NCBI GenBank assembly: GCA_963784295.1
Contig: CAWAQL010000016.1
Location: 2,715-66,714, forward strand
Source of the DNA: an uncultured beta proteobacterium
GTDB taxonomy: Bacteria; Pseudomonadota; Gammaproteobacteria; Burkholderiales; Burkholderiaceae_C
Length of the DNA stretch: 64,000 nucleotides
Direction: 5' to 3'
Shown here in pieces: positions 16,415 through 26,539 of the stretch. The notes beneath the pieces were generated by a model. It was not told where the DNA came from. It saw only the letters and a list, made by a program, of their open reading frames with translations, and did no database searches. Every line of letters begins with the position of its first letter. Position 1 is the first letter of the stretch. Position numbers and translations under genes: made by a program.

Positions 16415-16660
16415 ATGTCTGCAACGACTCAGCAACCCACGGACTCAAAGGACGCGCCGCGAAGCGGTTTTGTCGAAGGCGGCGTGCATGGCCACGTTCC
16501 GGTGCCCGGTCAAGTACCACCAAATGGCAACCCACCGACGCCTGCGGTCCCACCGGGCGGACCCGCTGAGACGCCGCAGCCGGTACAGGACCCGCCTCGC
16601 CCCGACACCATTCCGCCGGTCGAAGACCCACCCGAGACACCGCCGCCGATCACGGTGTAG
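16415..16660 (+). CDS. small proline-rich hypothetical protein
   Basis: AAGGAG lies 8 nt upstream of the ATG. The 81-aa product is over 30% Pro (PPNGNPPTPAVPPGGPAETPQPVQDPPRPDTIPPVEDPPETPPPI). No family was recognised. Confidence 0.45.
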   Translation: MSATTQQPTDSKDAPRSGFVEGGVHGHVPVPGQVPPNGNPPTPAVPPGGPAETPQPVQDPPRPDTIPPVEDPPETPPPITV

Positions 16661-16792
16661 CCGCAGCCCGCACCGCCACGTTTGGGGTGCGCCTGGCCTG
16701 TTGCTTGCCGCGCCCGATCCGCTGGTTCATCTGGCCCAAGGGCAAGCGACCGATCGGCTGGCCGTTTTGGCGTCCGATCGATCTGGCTGGGC

Positions 16793-17335
16793 TCACGCCG
16801 CCGAGCCGCTGCCTGGATAGTTCCTAATGCCGTCCATGATTTCCTGGCGCGCCGACTCCGGGCCTTCCCAGCCGAGCACCTTGACCCATTTGCCGGGCTC
16901 CAGATCCTTGTAGTGCTCGAAGAAGTGAGCGATCGTCTTTAGCCGCAGCGGGTTCATGTCTTCGGGCTTCTGCCAATGTGTGTAGATCGCCAGCACCTTG
17001 TCGGTCGGTACCGCGAGCACCTTGCCGTCCATCCCCGCTTCGTCCTCCATCTTCAAAATGCCGATCGGGCGGCACGGCACCACCACCCCGGGAATCAGCG
17101 GCACCGGCGTGATCACCAGCACGTCCACCGGGTCGCCATCGCCGCTGATCGTCTGCGGCACATAACCGTAGTTGCACGGATAGTTCATCGACGTGCTCAT
17201 GAAGCGGTCGACGAAGATCGCCCCTGTTTCCTTGTCCACCTCGTACTTCACAGGGTCCGCATTCATCGGGATTTCGATGATCACGTTGAATTCGTGCGGT
17301 GCTTTGTCGCCAGGAGGAACACGTTCGAAAGCCAT
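16793..17335 (-). CDS. ppa: soluble inorganic pyrophosphatase (family I)
   Basis: [49 protein letters not shown] and KVLAVP motifs. 180 aa starting from MAFERV. Confidence 0.95.
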   Translation of the reverse strand: MAFERVPPGDKAPHEFNVIIEIPMNADPVKYEVDKETGAIFVDRFMSTSMNYPCNYGYVPQTISGDGDPVDVLVITPVPLIPGVVVPCRPIGILKMEDEAGMDGKVLAVPTDKVLAIYTHWQKPEDMNPLRLKTIAHFFEHYKDLEPGKWVKVLGWEGPESARQEIMDGIRNYPGSGSAA

Positions 17336-17580
17336 AGGAAAGATCAGGGGTTGATAGCGGGAAGGCGGCATTCTAGGCCGCGCAATTCGTGCTTTCCCGA
17401 GCATCCGGGCCGCCGATCGTTTCAGGTACATTGGCCGCGTTGGCCAATCGGCTGGGCCGCTTTCGTGGAGGCGGCCGAGGAAGCAACGAACGTGGCCGGC
17501 ATGCCTCTTCGTACAACGAGCGAACGGGCGGCGGGGCCACGAGGTCCCCAACCCTTATTCACTCATTCGAGGAGACGCAC

Positions 17581-19757
17581 ATGACAGGCACCGCTGCGCT
17601 GATGTTGGCGCTGGTCTGCGGACTGGTCGCTGTGGGCTACGGATTCTGGGCTCGCGGCTGGATTCTTTCGCAGGACCCCGGCAACGCCCGCATGCAGGAG
17701 ATTGCCGCCGCGATTCAGGCCGGCGCTGCGGCCTATCTGGCCCGCCAGTACAAAACGATCGGCATCGTCGGCATCGTGCTTGCAGTCTTGATCGCGATCT
17801 TTCTCGACCTGCGCACGGCGGTGGGTTTCGTGATCGGCGCAGTGCTCTCGGGCGCCTGCGGCTTCATCGGCATGAACGTGTCGGTGCGCGCCAACGTGCG
17901 CACCGCGCAGGCCGCCACGCGCGGCATTGGCCCGGCACTCGACGTTGCGTTCCGCGGCGGCGCGATCACCGGCATGCTCGTGGTGGGCCTGGGACTGCTG
18001 GGCGTCACGACGTTCTACTGGTTCCTGTCGGCCGGTGCCGATTTGACGAACGGCCCGGCACTCGCGCAGTTGCTCACGCCGCTGATCGGCTTTGCTTTCG
18101 GCTCGTCGCTGATCTCGATCTTCGCGCGGCTCGGTGGCGGCATATTCACCAAGGGCGCGGACGTCGGTGCCGATCTGGTCGGCAAGGTCGAAGCCGGCAT
18201 TCCGGAAGACGACCCGCGCAACCCGGCCGTGATCGCCGACAACGTGGGCGACAACGTCGGCGATTGCGCGGGCATGGCCGCCGACCTGTTCGAGACCTAC
18301 GCGGTCACGATCATCGCCACCATGGTGCTTGGCGCCCTGCTCGTCACCACGGCGCCGGTCAACGCGGTGCTCTACCCGCTCGCGCTGGGTGCGGTGTCGA
18401 TCCTGGGCTCGATCGTCGGCTGCTTCTTCGTCAAGGCCACGCCGGGCATGAAAAACGTGATGCCCGCGCTCTACAAAGGCCTGGCGATTGCCGGCGGCCT
18501 GTCGCTGATCGCGTTCTACTTCGTGACCATCTGGCTGATCCCCGACAATGCGATCGCCGCAAGCGGCAGCCAGCTCAAACTGTTCGGCGCCTGCTTCATC
18601 GGCTTGGCGCTGACCGCGGCGCTGGTCTGGATCACCGAGTTCTACACCGGCACCCAATACGCTCCGGTCCGGCACATCGCGCAGGCCTCCACCACCGGCC
18701 ACGGCACCAACATCATCGCGGGCCTGGGCGTGTCGATGCGCTCGACCGCTTGGCCGGTGCTGTGCGTCTGTTTGGCAATTCTGGCCGCCTACTGGCTGGC
18801 CGGTTTGTACGGCATTGCCATCGCAGCGACCTCGATGCTGTCGATGGCCGGCATCGTGGTCGCGATGGACGCCTATGGCCCGATCACCGACAACGCGGGC
18901 GGCATCGCCGAAATGGCCGAGTTGCCCTCGTCGGTGCGCGACATCACCGATCCGCTCGATGCGGTCGGCAATACCACCAAGGCGGTCACCAAGGGCTACG
19001 CGATCGGCTCGGCCGGTCTCGCCGCGCTCGTGCTGTTTGCCGACTACACGCACAAGCTCAAGGCTACGGGCACGCAGTGCGCTTCGATCTGTCCGATCCG
19101 CAGGTGATCGTCGGCCTTTTCATCGGCGGCATGATCCCGTATCTGTTCGGCGCTATGGCGATGGAGGCGGTCGGCCGCGCGGCCGGCGCGGTGGTGGTCG
19201 AAGTGCGGCGCCAGTTCCGCGACATCCCCGGCATCATGGAAGGCACCGCCAAGCCCGAGTATGGTCGTGCGGTGGACATGCTGACTTCGGCGGCGATCAA
19301 GGAAATGGTGATCCCGTCGCTGCTGCCCGTGGTCGTGCCGGTGATCGTCGGTCTGCTGCTCGGGCCCCGGCGCTGGGCGGGCATGTTGATGGGCACCATC
19401 GTGACCGGCCTTTTCGTGGCCATCAGCATGTGCACCGGCGGCGGCGCCTGGGACAACGCGAAGAAGTACATCGAAGACGGCAACCACGGCGGCAAGGGCT
19501 CGGAAGCGCACAAGGCGGCCGTCACCGGCGACACGGTCGGCGATCCTTATAAGGACACCGCAGGGCCGGCCGTCAATCCGCTGATCAAGATCATCAACAT
19601 CGTGGCGCTGCTGATCGTGCCGCTGGTGGTGCGCTTTCACGCAGACGACCTCGCGGCACCGCCGCATGCAACGGGCGCGGTCGTCGTGCCGACGCCGGCC
19701 GTGATGGTTCCGGTGGCGCCCACAGTGCGTGCGCCTGCGGCGAAAACGCCGGGCTGA
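17581..19757 (+). pseudogene. hppA: membrane H+(K+)-translocating pyrophosphatase, interrupted by a frameshift near 19068
   Basis: GAGGAG RBS followed by MTGTAALML. Conserved [56 protein letters not shown] is in frame 1 up to YTHKLKATG. The sequence continues as [31 protein letters not shown]...[12 protein letters not shown]...[20 protein letters not shown] in the frame of ORF 18264..19757. Confidence 0.85.
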
Positions 19758-20290
19758 TCAAAGGTACTGACCGGCGAAGTTGGGTTCCTGGTGCTGCAAA
19801 CTTCCCGGTCTGACATGGTCGGGCCAGCGCCTTGCTCTGGCACCTGGATACGCAAACGCTTTCAGCAGCGTTCAGCCTTCGATGCCCCTGGGCCGGACCG
19901 ACCCACCCAGGAGTGGCACGGCGGGGCGGGCAACTGTCGCATGCGCACCCATACGGGGCGTTAAAATCATCTCCCCATCAGCTTCCAACGATCGGCACGC
20001 GCTGTTGCCTGTGTGCCTTGAGATTCGCCACCGATGACTGAGCATGCGCCTGCCAGCCGCCACTGCCCGATCGGGACTCAGTCGACAGCCGACGACGCGC
20101 TGCCCCATGTGCGCCATACGTGGGCAAGCGGCGGCAGCCCATCCAATTCAGTTGGCGCAGCCTTGATCGCGCAAAACGTTTTCGACGTGGTGGTGTTTGA
20201 AAAAGCATATTCATCTCACGGTATGCACACGGCGACACCGGCCCGCGCGGCTCGATCAGGATACGGCCAATCGGTTTGCCCCACATTCCG

Positions 20291-21172
20291 ATGAGCGCCG
20301 TTCTTCCACAACACGAGACGGGTGCCCGCCCTGCACCGGCGTGTCCCGAGCCGTTCGGGCGGGTGCCGCGCCGTCGAGTGCTTGCCTGCTGGCATGCGTT
20401 GGCGTTCTATTTCTGTTTGATCGCGCTGGGCATGCTGATGCTGGGGAGCTGCTTGGTTGGTGGTCTGCTGTCGCGGACACTGGCGCCGGGACGGCGGTAC
20501 GCCAGCGGACGCGCACTGATCAGCTGGTGCGCACGCAGCTTTTTTCGGCTTGCCAGTGCGTTGGGTCTGGTGCGCTTGGACCTGTCTGCGCTGGACGCGT
20601 TGAATGCCGAGAGCGGCCTCATCATTGCCCCCAATCACCCGTCGATGCTCGACGCGTTGTTGGTTGCTTCGCGCGTGCGGCGCACCGGCTGCATCATGAA
20701 AGCCGGACTTTGCAGCAACCCTTTTCTGGGCGCCGGCGCCCGGCTTGCAGGCTATATCGGCAACGGTTCGGTCAACGGCATGATTCGACAGGCCGCAGCC
20801 GACTTGCGCAGCGGCGGCAAGGTGCTGATCTTTCCCGAGGCCACGCGCAGCCCCACGGCGACGTCGGTCAACGCGCTCACCGCCGGCATCGCATTGATTG
20901 CCCAGCGCGCGGAGGCGCCGATTCAGACGGTGCTGATCGAAGCCGAGTCGCCTTACCTGGGCAAGGGCTGGCCCCTGTTGCGGCTACCGGCGCTGCCCTT
21001 GCGCTACCGCGCCACGCTCGGCCCACGATTCGTCGTGCAGGCCGATCGCCGTCGGACCTTAAGTGCGATGCACCGCTTCTACGCCGATGCGCTGGGCAAC
21101 GCCGAGTGGCAGCGCGCGCCCGCTCGCGCCGGCGCCAGGGACCGCGTCGATGCGGCGTTGGCCGATGTCTGA
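20291..21172 (+). CDS. lysophospholipid (PlsC-type) acyltransferase
   Basis: NHPSMLD (the H-x4-D acyltransferase motif) and IFPEATRS (FPEGTR-like), plus an N-terminal TM segment. First gene of the operon. Confidence 0.8.
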   Translation: MSAVLPQHETGARPAPACPEPFGRVPRRRVLACWHALAFYFCLIALGMLMLGSCLVGGLLSRTLAPGRRYASGRALISWCARSFFRLASALGLVRLDLSALDALNAESGLIIAPNHPSMLDALLVASRVRRTGCIMKAGLCSNPFLGAGARLAGYIGNGSVNGMIRQAAADLRSGGKVLIFPEATRSPTATSVNALTAGIALIAQRAEAPIQTVLIEAESPYLGKGWPLLRLPALPLRYRATLGPRFVVQADRRRTLSAMHRFYADALGNAEWQRAPARAGARDRVDAALADV

Positions 21173-21941
21173 ATCCGCCGCATCGCTCACGCACCTGGTG
21201 CTGATTCCGAGCTACAACGCAGGCGGGCAGGCCGTGCAGACCGTCCGGGCGGCCTTGGCGCAGTGGCAGCCGGTCTGGGTCGTGGTCGACGGCAGCACGG
21301 ACGGCAGCGGCGCGACCCTCGAGCGGCTGGCCGCGACCGAGCCGGGTTTGCGGGTGTTCGCGCTGCCGTATAACCAGGGCAAAGGGGCGGCGGTGCTGCA
21401 TGGGCTCGAAGTCGCCCGGCGCGAAGGGTTCACCCATGCGCTCACGATGGATTCGGACGGGCAGCATCCGGCCGAACTGATCGGCGGCTTCATGGCCGAA
21501 TCGCGCGCGCGTCCGAACGCCATGATCCTCGGCAAGCCGGTGTTCGACGCCAGCGCACCCGCCATCCGCGTCAATGGCCGTAAGCTGTCGAACGGCTGGG
21601 TGCATCTGCAGACGCTGGGCGCCGGCGTCGGCGACTCGCTGTTCGGCTTTCGCGTCTATCCCATCGCGCCACTGATCGAGGTGATGCGCAACCGGCCCTG
21701 GATGCGGCGTTTCGACTTCGACCCGGAAGTGGTCGTGCGTCTGTGCTGGGCCGGCGTGCTACCGATCAACATCGACGCGCCAGTCAAATACCTGAGCGCA
21801 GCCGAAGGCGGTGTGTCGCACTTCCGATATGGGCGCGACAACGTGCTGCTGACCTGGATGCACGCGCGGCTGCTCGCGTCGTTTGTCGGTCGCCTTCCCT
21901 TGCTGCTGTATCGAAAGTTCGCGCGTCGGCATGCGGCCTGA
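21165..21941 (+). CDS. family 2 glycosyltransferase
   Basis: LVLIPSYNAGG...VVVDGSTDGS...NQGKGAAVLHG...LTMDSDGQH (DxD-type GT-A fold). The start overlaps the upstream stop by 8 nt. Confidence 0.85.
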   Translation: MSESAASLTHLVLIPSYNAGGQAVQTVRAALAQWQPVWVVVDGSTDGSGATLERLAATEPGLRVFALPYNQGKGAAVLHGLEVARREGFTHALTMDSDGQHPAELIGGFMAESRARPNAMILGKPVFDASAPAIRVNGRKLSNGWVHLQTLGAGVGDSLFGFRVYPIAPLIEVMRNRPWMRRFDFDPEVVVRLCWAGVLPINIDAPVKYLSAAEGGVSHFRYGRDNVLLTWMHARLLASFVGRLPLLLYRKFARRHAA

Positions 21942-22068
21942 CGCGTGCGGCGGCTTGCCCGCGCGACCCCCGACACGTCAGCCGCCATCAACTACCATCG
22001 CGATGCAGCCCATCGGGCTTGTTGCACCGCCCGGAACGCCAAGTTCGGCCACCGAAAACAACATAGAC

Positions 22069-22389
22069 ATGAGCAATCCCACCGCGTCTTCCGACTCCTC
22101 TGCCGAGCATCCGTCCGTTGACGGCACCGCCGACACCGTGCTGGTGCGGGAGGTGGCCGGGTTGATCGTCGCAGCGCTTAACCTCGAAGTCGACCCGCAG
22201 CAAATCGGCCCGTCCGACCCGTTGTACGGAGAAGGGCTCGGCCTGGACTCCATCGACATGCTCGAAGTCGCGCTGGTGGTGTCCAAGCAGTACGGCTTTC
22301 AGATGCGCGCCAACGACGAGAGCAACGTAGCGATCTTCGGCTCGCTGCAAAGCCTTGCCGACCACATCGCGGCGCACCGGACACAGTGA
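22069..22389 (+). CDS. acyl carrier protein (dedicated, with a Ser/Asp-rich N-terminal extension)
   Basis: The phosphopantetheine attachment context GLGLDSIDMLEVALVV is present. About 106 aa. Confidence 0.85.
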   Translation: MSNPTASSDSSAEHPSVDGTADTVLVREVAGLIVAALNLEVDPQQIGPSDPLYGEGLGLDSIDMLEVALVVSKQYGFQMRANDESNVAIFGSLQSLADHIAAHRTQ

Positions 22390-23195
22390 CCGTCTGCTGC
22401 GCGCCGCTCGGCGCGCCGCTGCGCAAGTTCTTTCGTGATCCATTCGGCCGCTCCGTGATGATCAGCCCCAACCCCACGCAGGCCAAATCCGATGCGACGG
22501 GCTCAGAGGCGCCGCTGTGGCGCAACCTGGCCACCGCGTTGGGAGCGGTCGCGTTGCTGGTGGGCTACCAAGTGATCGTGCATCGGCTGATCGATGACGG
22601 AGGCCACCCACTTGCGACCGTATTTCTGGGGCTCGTGCCGATCGCGCTGGTGCTCACGATGCTCGTACGCAGCGTGGGGTGGCGTGTCGATGCATGGTGG
22701 CTAACGCTCGCAATCGCTGCCGGTGGCTGGCTGTCGCGAGATCGCCTGCAGGCGCACATCGGCTGGATCTACCTGGTCGACCATGTCGGCACGCAGTGCC
22801 TGCTGAGCCTGATGTTTGCCCACACCCTGCGGCGTGGGCACACGCCGCTGATCACGCAGTTCGCGTTGCGGGTGCACGCGGGCGTCCTTAGCGCCGAGCA
22901 ATTCGTCTATACCCGGCACGCGACGCTCGCGTGGAGCGCATTCTTCGCGCTCGTTGCGATCGCCTCCGGTGTGTTGTTCGCATGGGCGCCATTGCCGGTC
23001 TGGTCGTCTTTCGCCAATCTGCTGACGTTGCCCTTGGTGGCTGCGATGTTCATTGGCGAGTATGCAGTGCGGCGGCTTGCGCTGCCGCATGAGCCGCACG
23101 TCTCGATCGCCGCCGGCGCGCGTGCGTTCTGGGCCAGTCGTCAATCGGCCGACCGATCGAACGCGTCCGGCCAGCCGCAACGATGCCCGCGCTGA
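22386..23195 (+). CDS. integral membrane protein (COG4648-like, as found in aryl-polyene-type clusters)
   Basis: GTGA overlap with the ACP stop. It has five or more hydrophobic spans. The alternative ATG at 22458 is equally possible. Confidence 0.55.
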   Translation: MTVCCAPLGAPLRKFFRDPFGRSVMISPNPTQAKSDATGSEAPLWRNLATALGAVALLVGYQVIVHRLIDDGGHPLATVFLGLVPIALVLTMLVRSVGWRVDAWWLTLAIAAGGWLSRDRLQAHIGWIYLVDHVGTQCLLSLMFAHTLRRGHTPLITQFALRVHAGVLSAEQFVYTRHATLAWSAFFALVAIASGVLFAWAPLPVWSSFANLLTLPLVAAMFIGEYAVRRLALPHEPHVSIAAGARAFWASRQSADRSNASGQPQRCPR

Positions 23196-24880
23196 TCGGC
23201 CACCGCCACCCGTGCGCATTGCTTGCGTGGCGCCAAGGCAAACCCATCACCGCTGCCAGATATCTGCACGACGTGGCGCGGGTTGCGGCGCTGCTGCCCC
23301 ATCGCGGCCCGGTCGTGAATCTGTGCACAGACCGCTACCACTTCGCGGTCGGCTTCGGTGCCGCGTTGCTGGCCGGCCACACTTGTCTTCTTCCGCCCAC
23401 ACACGGCGACGAGATGCTTGAGCGGCTGCGCCTCGAATACCCGGAGCTCTACCTGTTGAGCGATCGGCCGCAGCGTGCGCTCGCACTGACCCAGCTCGCC
23501 TACCCCTCGGACGATGCAGCGGCAGGCGCTGCAGCGCCGACGTTCGTGGTGCCCGACATCGATCCCACATTCGTCGCTGCGCGCGTCTTCACGTCCGGCT
23601 CGACCGGGCGGCCCACCGCCCACGACAAAACCTGGGGCAAGCTGGTGTCGAACGCACGCGCCGAACACAGGCGCCTGACGGCCGGTCTGACGCCAACGTT
23701 CACCGTCGTCGGTACGGTGCCCGCGCAGCACATGTACGGTTTCGAGTCGACGGTTCTGATGGCCCTGCTGAACGGCGCCGCGTTCGATGCGAGCCATCCG
23801 TTTTATCCGGCCGACATCGCCGCCACGCTGCGGCAGGTGCCGGCGCCGCGTCTGCTGGTGACCACGCCGTTTCATCTGCGCGCGGTGCTGGATGCAAAGG
23901 TGGTACTGCCGCCGCTCGCGCTGCTGGTCAGCGCCACCGCGCCGCTGGCGCCGCAGCTGGCGCACCGCGCGGAGCGCACGCTCGGCGTGCCGCTGCTCGA
24001 GATCTACGGCTGCACCGAGGCTGGGCAGCTCGCCACACGGCGCCCCGTCGACAGTGCCGTGTGGCAGACATTCGACGGCGTGCAGTTGGCGGCAGCACAA
24101 GACGGAGGCTGCATGGCGAGCGGTGGTCACGTGGAAGGTACGGTCCCACTGTCGGATCAGATCGAGCTGCAGTCGCCGCAGACGTTCCTGCTGCTCGGGC
24201 GCAGCGCCGACATGGTCAACATCGCCGGCAAGCGCACCTCGCTTGCGCATCTCAACCACCAGTTGAATTCGATCGACGGCGTGCACGACGGCGCGTTTCA
24301 CCTGACCGCGGCAGCAGCCGACGAAGGGCTCGCGCAGCGCGTGCAACGGACGCAGGCATTTGTGGTGGCGCCCGGGCTTGACGCCGCGCAGGTTTTGCGC
24401 GGCCTGCGCAGCCGGATCGACCCGGTGTTCATGCCGCGGCCGCTGCATTTCGTCCCCAAGCTGCCGCGCAACAGCACCGGCAAGCTGCCGACCGCGGCGC
24501 TCGATGCGCTGGCCGCCCGGTTCGCGTCGAAAGGCCGACCGCCGATGGAACCTGTCGAATACATGGTCGATCCCGCGCACCCGGCGTTGGCAGGCCATTT
24601 TCCCGGGCAGCCGATTCTGCCCGGTGTGGTGTTGCTTGACGAAGTCATGCGTGCGATCGAGGCGACGTCCGCGACTCAAGGCAACGCCTCCCCGAGCTCG
24701 AAGCCGTTGGTCGACCGCTGGACCTTGACGATGGCCAAATTCCATCGGCCTGCCGGCCCGGGTGCGCACTTACAAATCCGGCTTGATCCGCTGGCTGGCG
24801 GCGCGATCTCATTCGTGGTGCTGCAGGGCGAGCACAAAGTCGCGTCTGGCAGCTTTGCAACGCAGGCACGTGCCGAATAA
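23183..24880 (+). CDS. AMP-dependent synthetase/ligase (acyl-ACP/CoA synthetase-like) fused to a C-terminal FabA/FabZ-like hotdog dehydratase
   Basis: Adenylation motifs FTSGSTGRPTAH, YGCTEAG, GRSADMVNIAGKR and LPRNSTGKL come first. The same frame, with no stop, then gives VDPAHPALAGHFPGQPILPGVVLLDEVM (hotdog dehydratase His motif). Confidence 0.8.
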   Translation: MPALIGHRHPCALLAWRQGKPITAARYLHDVARVAALLPHRGPVVNLCTDRYHFAVGFGAALLAGHTCLLPPTHGDEMLERLRLEYPELYLLSDRPQRALALTQLAYPSDDAAAGAAAPTFVVPDIDPTFVAARVFTSGSTGRPTAHDKTWGKLVSNARAEHRRLTAGLTPTFTVVGTVPAQHMYGFESTVLMALLNGAAFDASHPFYPADIAATLRQVPAPRLLVTTPFHLRAVLDAKVVLPPLALLVSATAPLAPQLAHRAERTLGVPLLEIYGCTEAGQLATRRPVDSAVWQTFDGVQLAAAQDGGCMASGGHVEGTVPLSDQIELQSPQTFLLLGRSADMVNIAGKRTSLAHLNHQLNSIDGVHDGAFHLTAAAADEGLAQRVQRTQAFVVAPGLDAAQVLRGLRSRIDPVFMPRPLHFVPKLPRNSTGKLPTAALDALAARFASKGRPPMEPVEYMVDPAHPALAGHFPGQPILPGVVLLDEVMRAIEATSATQGNASPSSKPLVDRWTLTMAKFHRPAGPGAHLQIRLDPLAGGAISFVVLQGEHKVASGSFATQARAE

Positions 24881-24902
24881 GAGGCAACCAGACACGTCCG
24901 TG

Positions 24903-25904
24903 ATGCACGGCGAATCACAGCACGTCAGTTCCGCTTCTTCGGCGCCGGCTGCTCCGCACGCGGCTGGCCCAGGCTTGAGCAGCCGCACTGGTTGGTCGGC
25001 CGAGCGCGAGCGCGGCAGCGTCGCGATGCTGTCCGCGTTCGCCTGGGTGGCGTTGCGCTTCGGGCGGCGCTTCGCACGCCTGCTGCTGTGGCCGACCACC
25101 GCGTATTTCTTCTTGTTCGGCGGCGCGGCGCGGCACGCGTCGAAAAGTTGGCTGAACCGCGCGTTGCCGCGGCCAGCGACCTGGCGCGACGGCTTGCGGC
25201 ACGTGTTCGCGTTCGCCTCCGTGACGCTGGACCGGGTCTACTTTCTGAACGCGCGCTTTGATCTGTTCGACCTGCACGTGCACGGCGCCGAGCACTGCAT
25301 CGGCCATTCGCGCGTCCCGCCTGGCATCTTCATGCTGGGTGCGCACGTCGGGAGTTTCGAGGCCACGCGCGCAATCGCGCGCCGACAGCCGGGGCTCGAA
25401 GTCGCACTGCTGATGTATGAGGACAACGCCCGGATGATCGCCCGCGTGCTGGAGGCCATCAACCCGCAGGCGGCGCAGGAGATCATCGCGCTGGGCCGGC
25501 TCGACTCGATGCTGCACCTGCGCGACCGGCTTGATCAGGGCGTGGTGGTCGGCATGCTGGCCGACCGCACGCTGGCCGACAACGACGTGCTGATCGTGAC
25601 GTTCTTCGGGCGGCCGGTTGGGCTGCCGGCCGGGCCGTTCCGGCTGGCTGCGATCCTGCGCCGGCCGATCCTGCTGATGTTGGGGATGTATCGCGGCGGC
25701 AATCGGTACGATGTGCATTTCGAGCCAATCCACGATTTTTCCGTGCCGACGCAGGCACATGGCTCACGCGCCGAAGGCGTGCAGCAGGCGGCCGAACGGT
25801 ACGCCGCGCGGCTTGAACATTTCTGCCGCCTGCACCCTTACAACTGGTTCAATTTCTATGATTTCTGGCAACAAGGCCAAGCCGCTGCCAAGCCGCCGAC
25901 CTGA
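24903..25904 (+). CDS. LpxL/HtrB-superfamily (COG4261-like) acyltransferase
   Basis: An N-terminal TM region, an H-x4-E motif (GAHVGSFEA), and conserved GMLADR and FFGRPVGLPAGPFRLAA segments. Confidence 0.65.
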   Translation: MHGESQHVSSASSAPAAPHAAGPGLSSRTGWSAERERGSVAMLSAFAWVALRFGRRFARLLLWPTTAYFFLFGGAARHASKSWLNRALPRPATWRDGLRHVFAFASVTLDRVYFLNARFDLFDLHVHGAEHCIGHSRVPPGIFMLGAHVGSFEATRAIARRQPGLEVALLMYEDNARMIARVLEAINPQAAQEIIALGRLDSMLHLRDRLDQGVVVGMLADRTLADNDVLIVTFFGRPVGLPAGPFRLAAILRRPILLMLGMYRGGNRYDVHFEPIHDFSVPTQAHGSRAEGVQQAAERYAARLEHFCRLHPYNWFNFYDFWQQGQAAAKPPT

Positions 25905-26520
25905 ATTGCGGCGCCGGGCGAGTGCCCTGCTGCTCGCACTGGCTTGGGCGCTCGCGCTGCCCGCACCGAACGCATCGGCGCAACCGGCTCAATCAACGGG
26001 CGCGTTCGACTTGGCGGCATTGCTTTCGATGCTCGGCAAGGCCACGCCGTCGCGCGCCACGTTCAACGAACGCAAGTTTCTGCGCCAGCTCGACGCGCCG
26101 GTCGACTCCGCCGGCGAATTGTTGTTCGAGCCACCCGCCACGCTCACGATGCGCACGTTGGTGCCCAAAGTCGAGACGATGCGCGTGGACGGCCAGACCC
26201 TGACGCTGGAGCGCGCCCGGCTGCAACGCACGCTGCAACTGGCCGAGCACCCCGAGATCGCGGTGTACGTGGAGCCGATCCGCGCCGCGCTGGCAGGCGA
26301 CCGTGCGGCACTCGAGCGCGGTTACCGAGTCGAGCTGCGCGGCGATTCAGCGCAATGGAAGCTGCAGCTGACGCCCAAGGCTGGCGCAGTCGGGACGGTG
26401 CCCATCGCGGTCGAATCGCTGCAGCTGTCCGGCCGCGCGGGCGACGTGCGCCAGATTGAAGTGCGCCTGACCGACGGCGACTACTCGATCATGAACATCG
26501 AGCCGGCAGCGCCGCTCTGA
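25858..26520 (+). CDS. LolA-like outer-membrane lipoprotein carrier family protein
   Basis: Signal peptide (ALLLALAWALALPAPNASA), then F-E-R-K-type LolA-like beta-barrel text (ATFNERKFLRQLDAPVDSAGELLFEPPATL). Its position before the MMPL gene matches aryl-polyene clusters. The start is uncertain, with a 47-nt overlap. Confidence 0.6.
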   Translation: MISGNKAKPLPSRRPELRRRASALLLALAWALALPAPNASAQPAQSTGAFDLAALLSMLGKATPSRATFNERKFLRQLDAPVDSAGELLFEPPATLTMRTLVPKVETMRVDGQTLTLERARLQRTLQLAEHPEIAVYVEPIRAALAGDRAALERGYRVELRGDSAQWKLQLTPKAGAVGTVPIAVESLQLSGRAGDVRQIEVRLTDGDYSIMNIEPAAPL

Positions 26521-26539
26521 CGACCGCTGCCTCGCGTCG

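Noticed and set aside
19350-19400. Possible compensated double indel in hppA ([13 protein letters not shown] where a GxxALGG-type motif is expected).
   Set aside because: The expected sequence is recalled only from memory and the ORF stays open. This could simply be natural variation.
19758-20290. A 530-bp non-coding gap before the lipid operon, examined for gene remnants, tRNA and a sigma-54 promoter (TGGCAC at about 19836).
   Set aside because: The ORFs here (for example 20034..20294 and 19978..20286) have no recognisable motifs. The TGGCAC is followed by TACGC rather than TTGC at the -12 spacing. No cloverleaf-like structure is present.
23183-24540. Adenylation domain considered as part of an NRPS.
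   Set aside because: There are no condensation, thiolation or thioesterase domains in cis. The stand-alone ACP and the acyltransferase, LolA and MMPL context fit an acyl-ACP/CoA ligase role instead.
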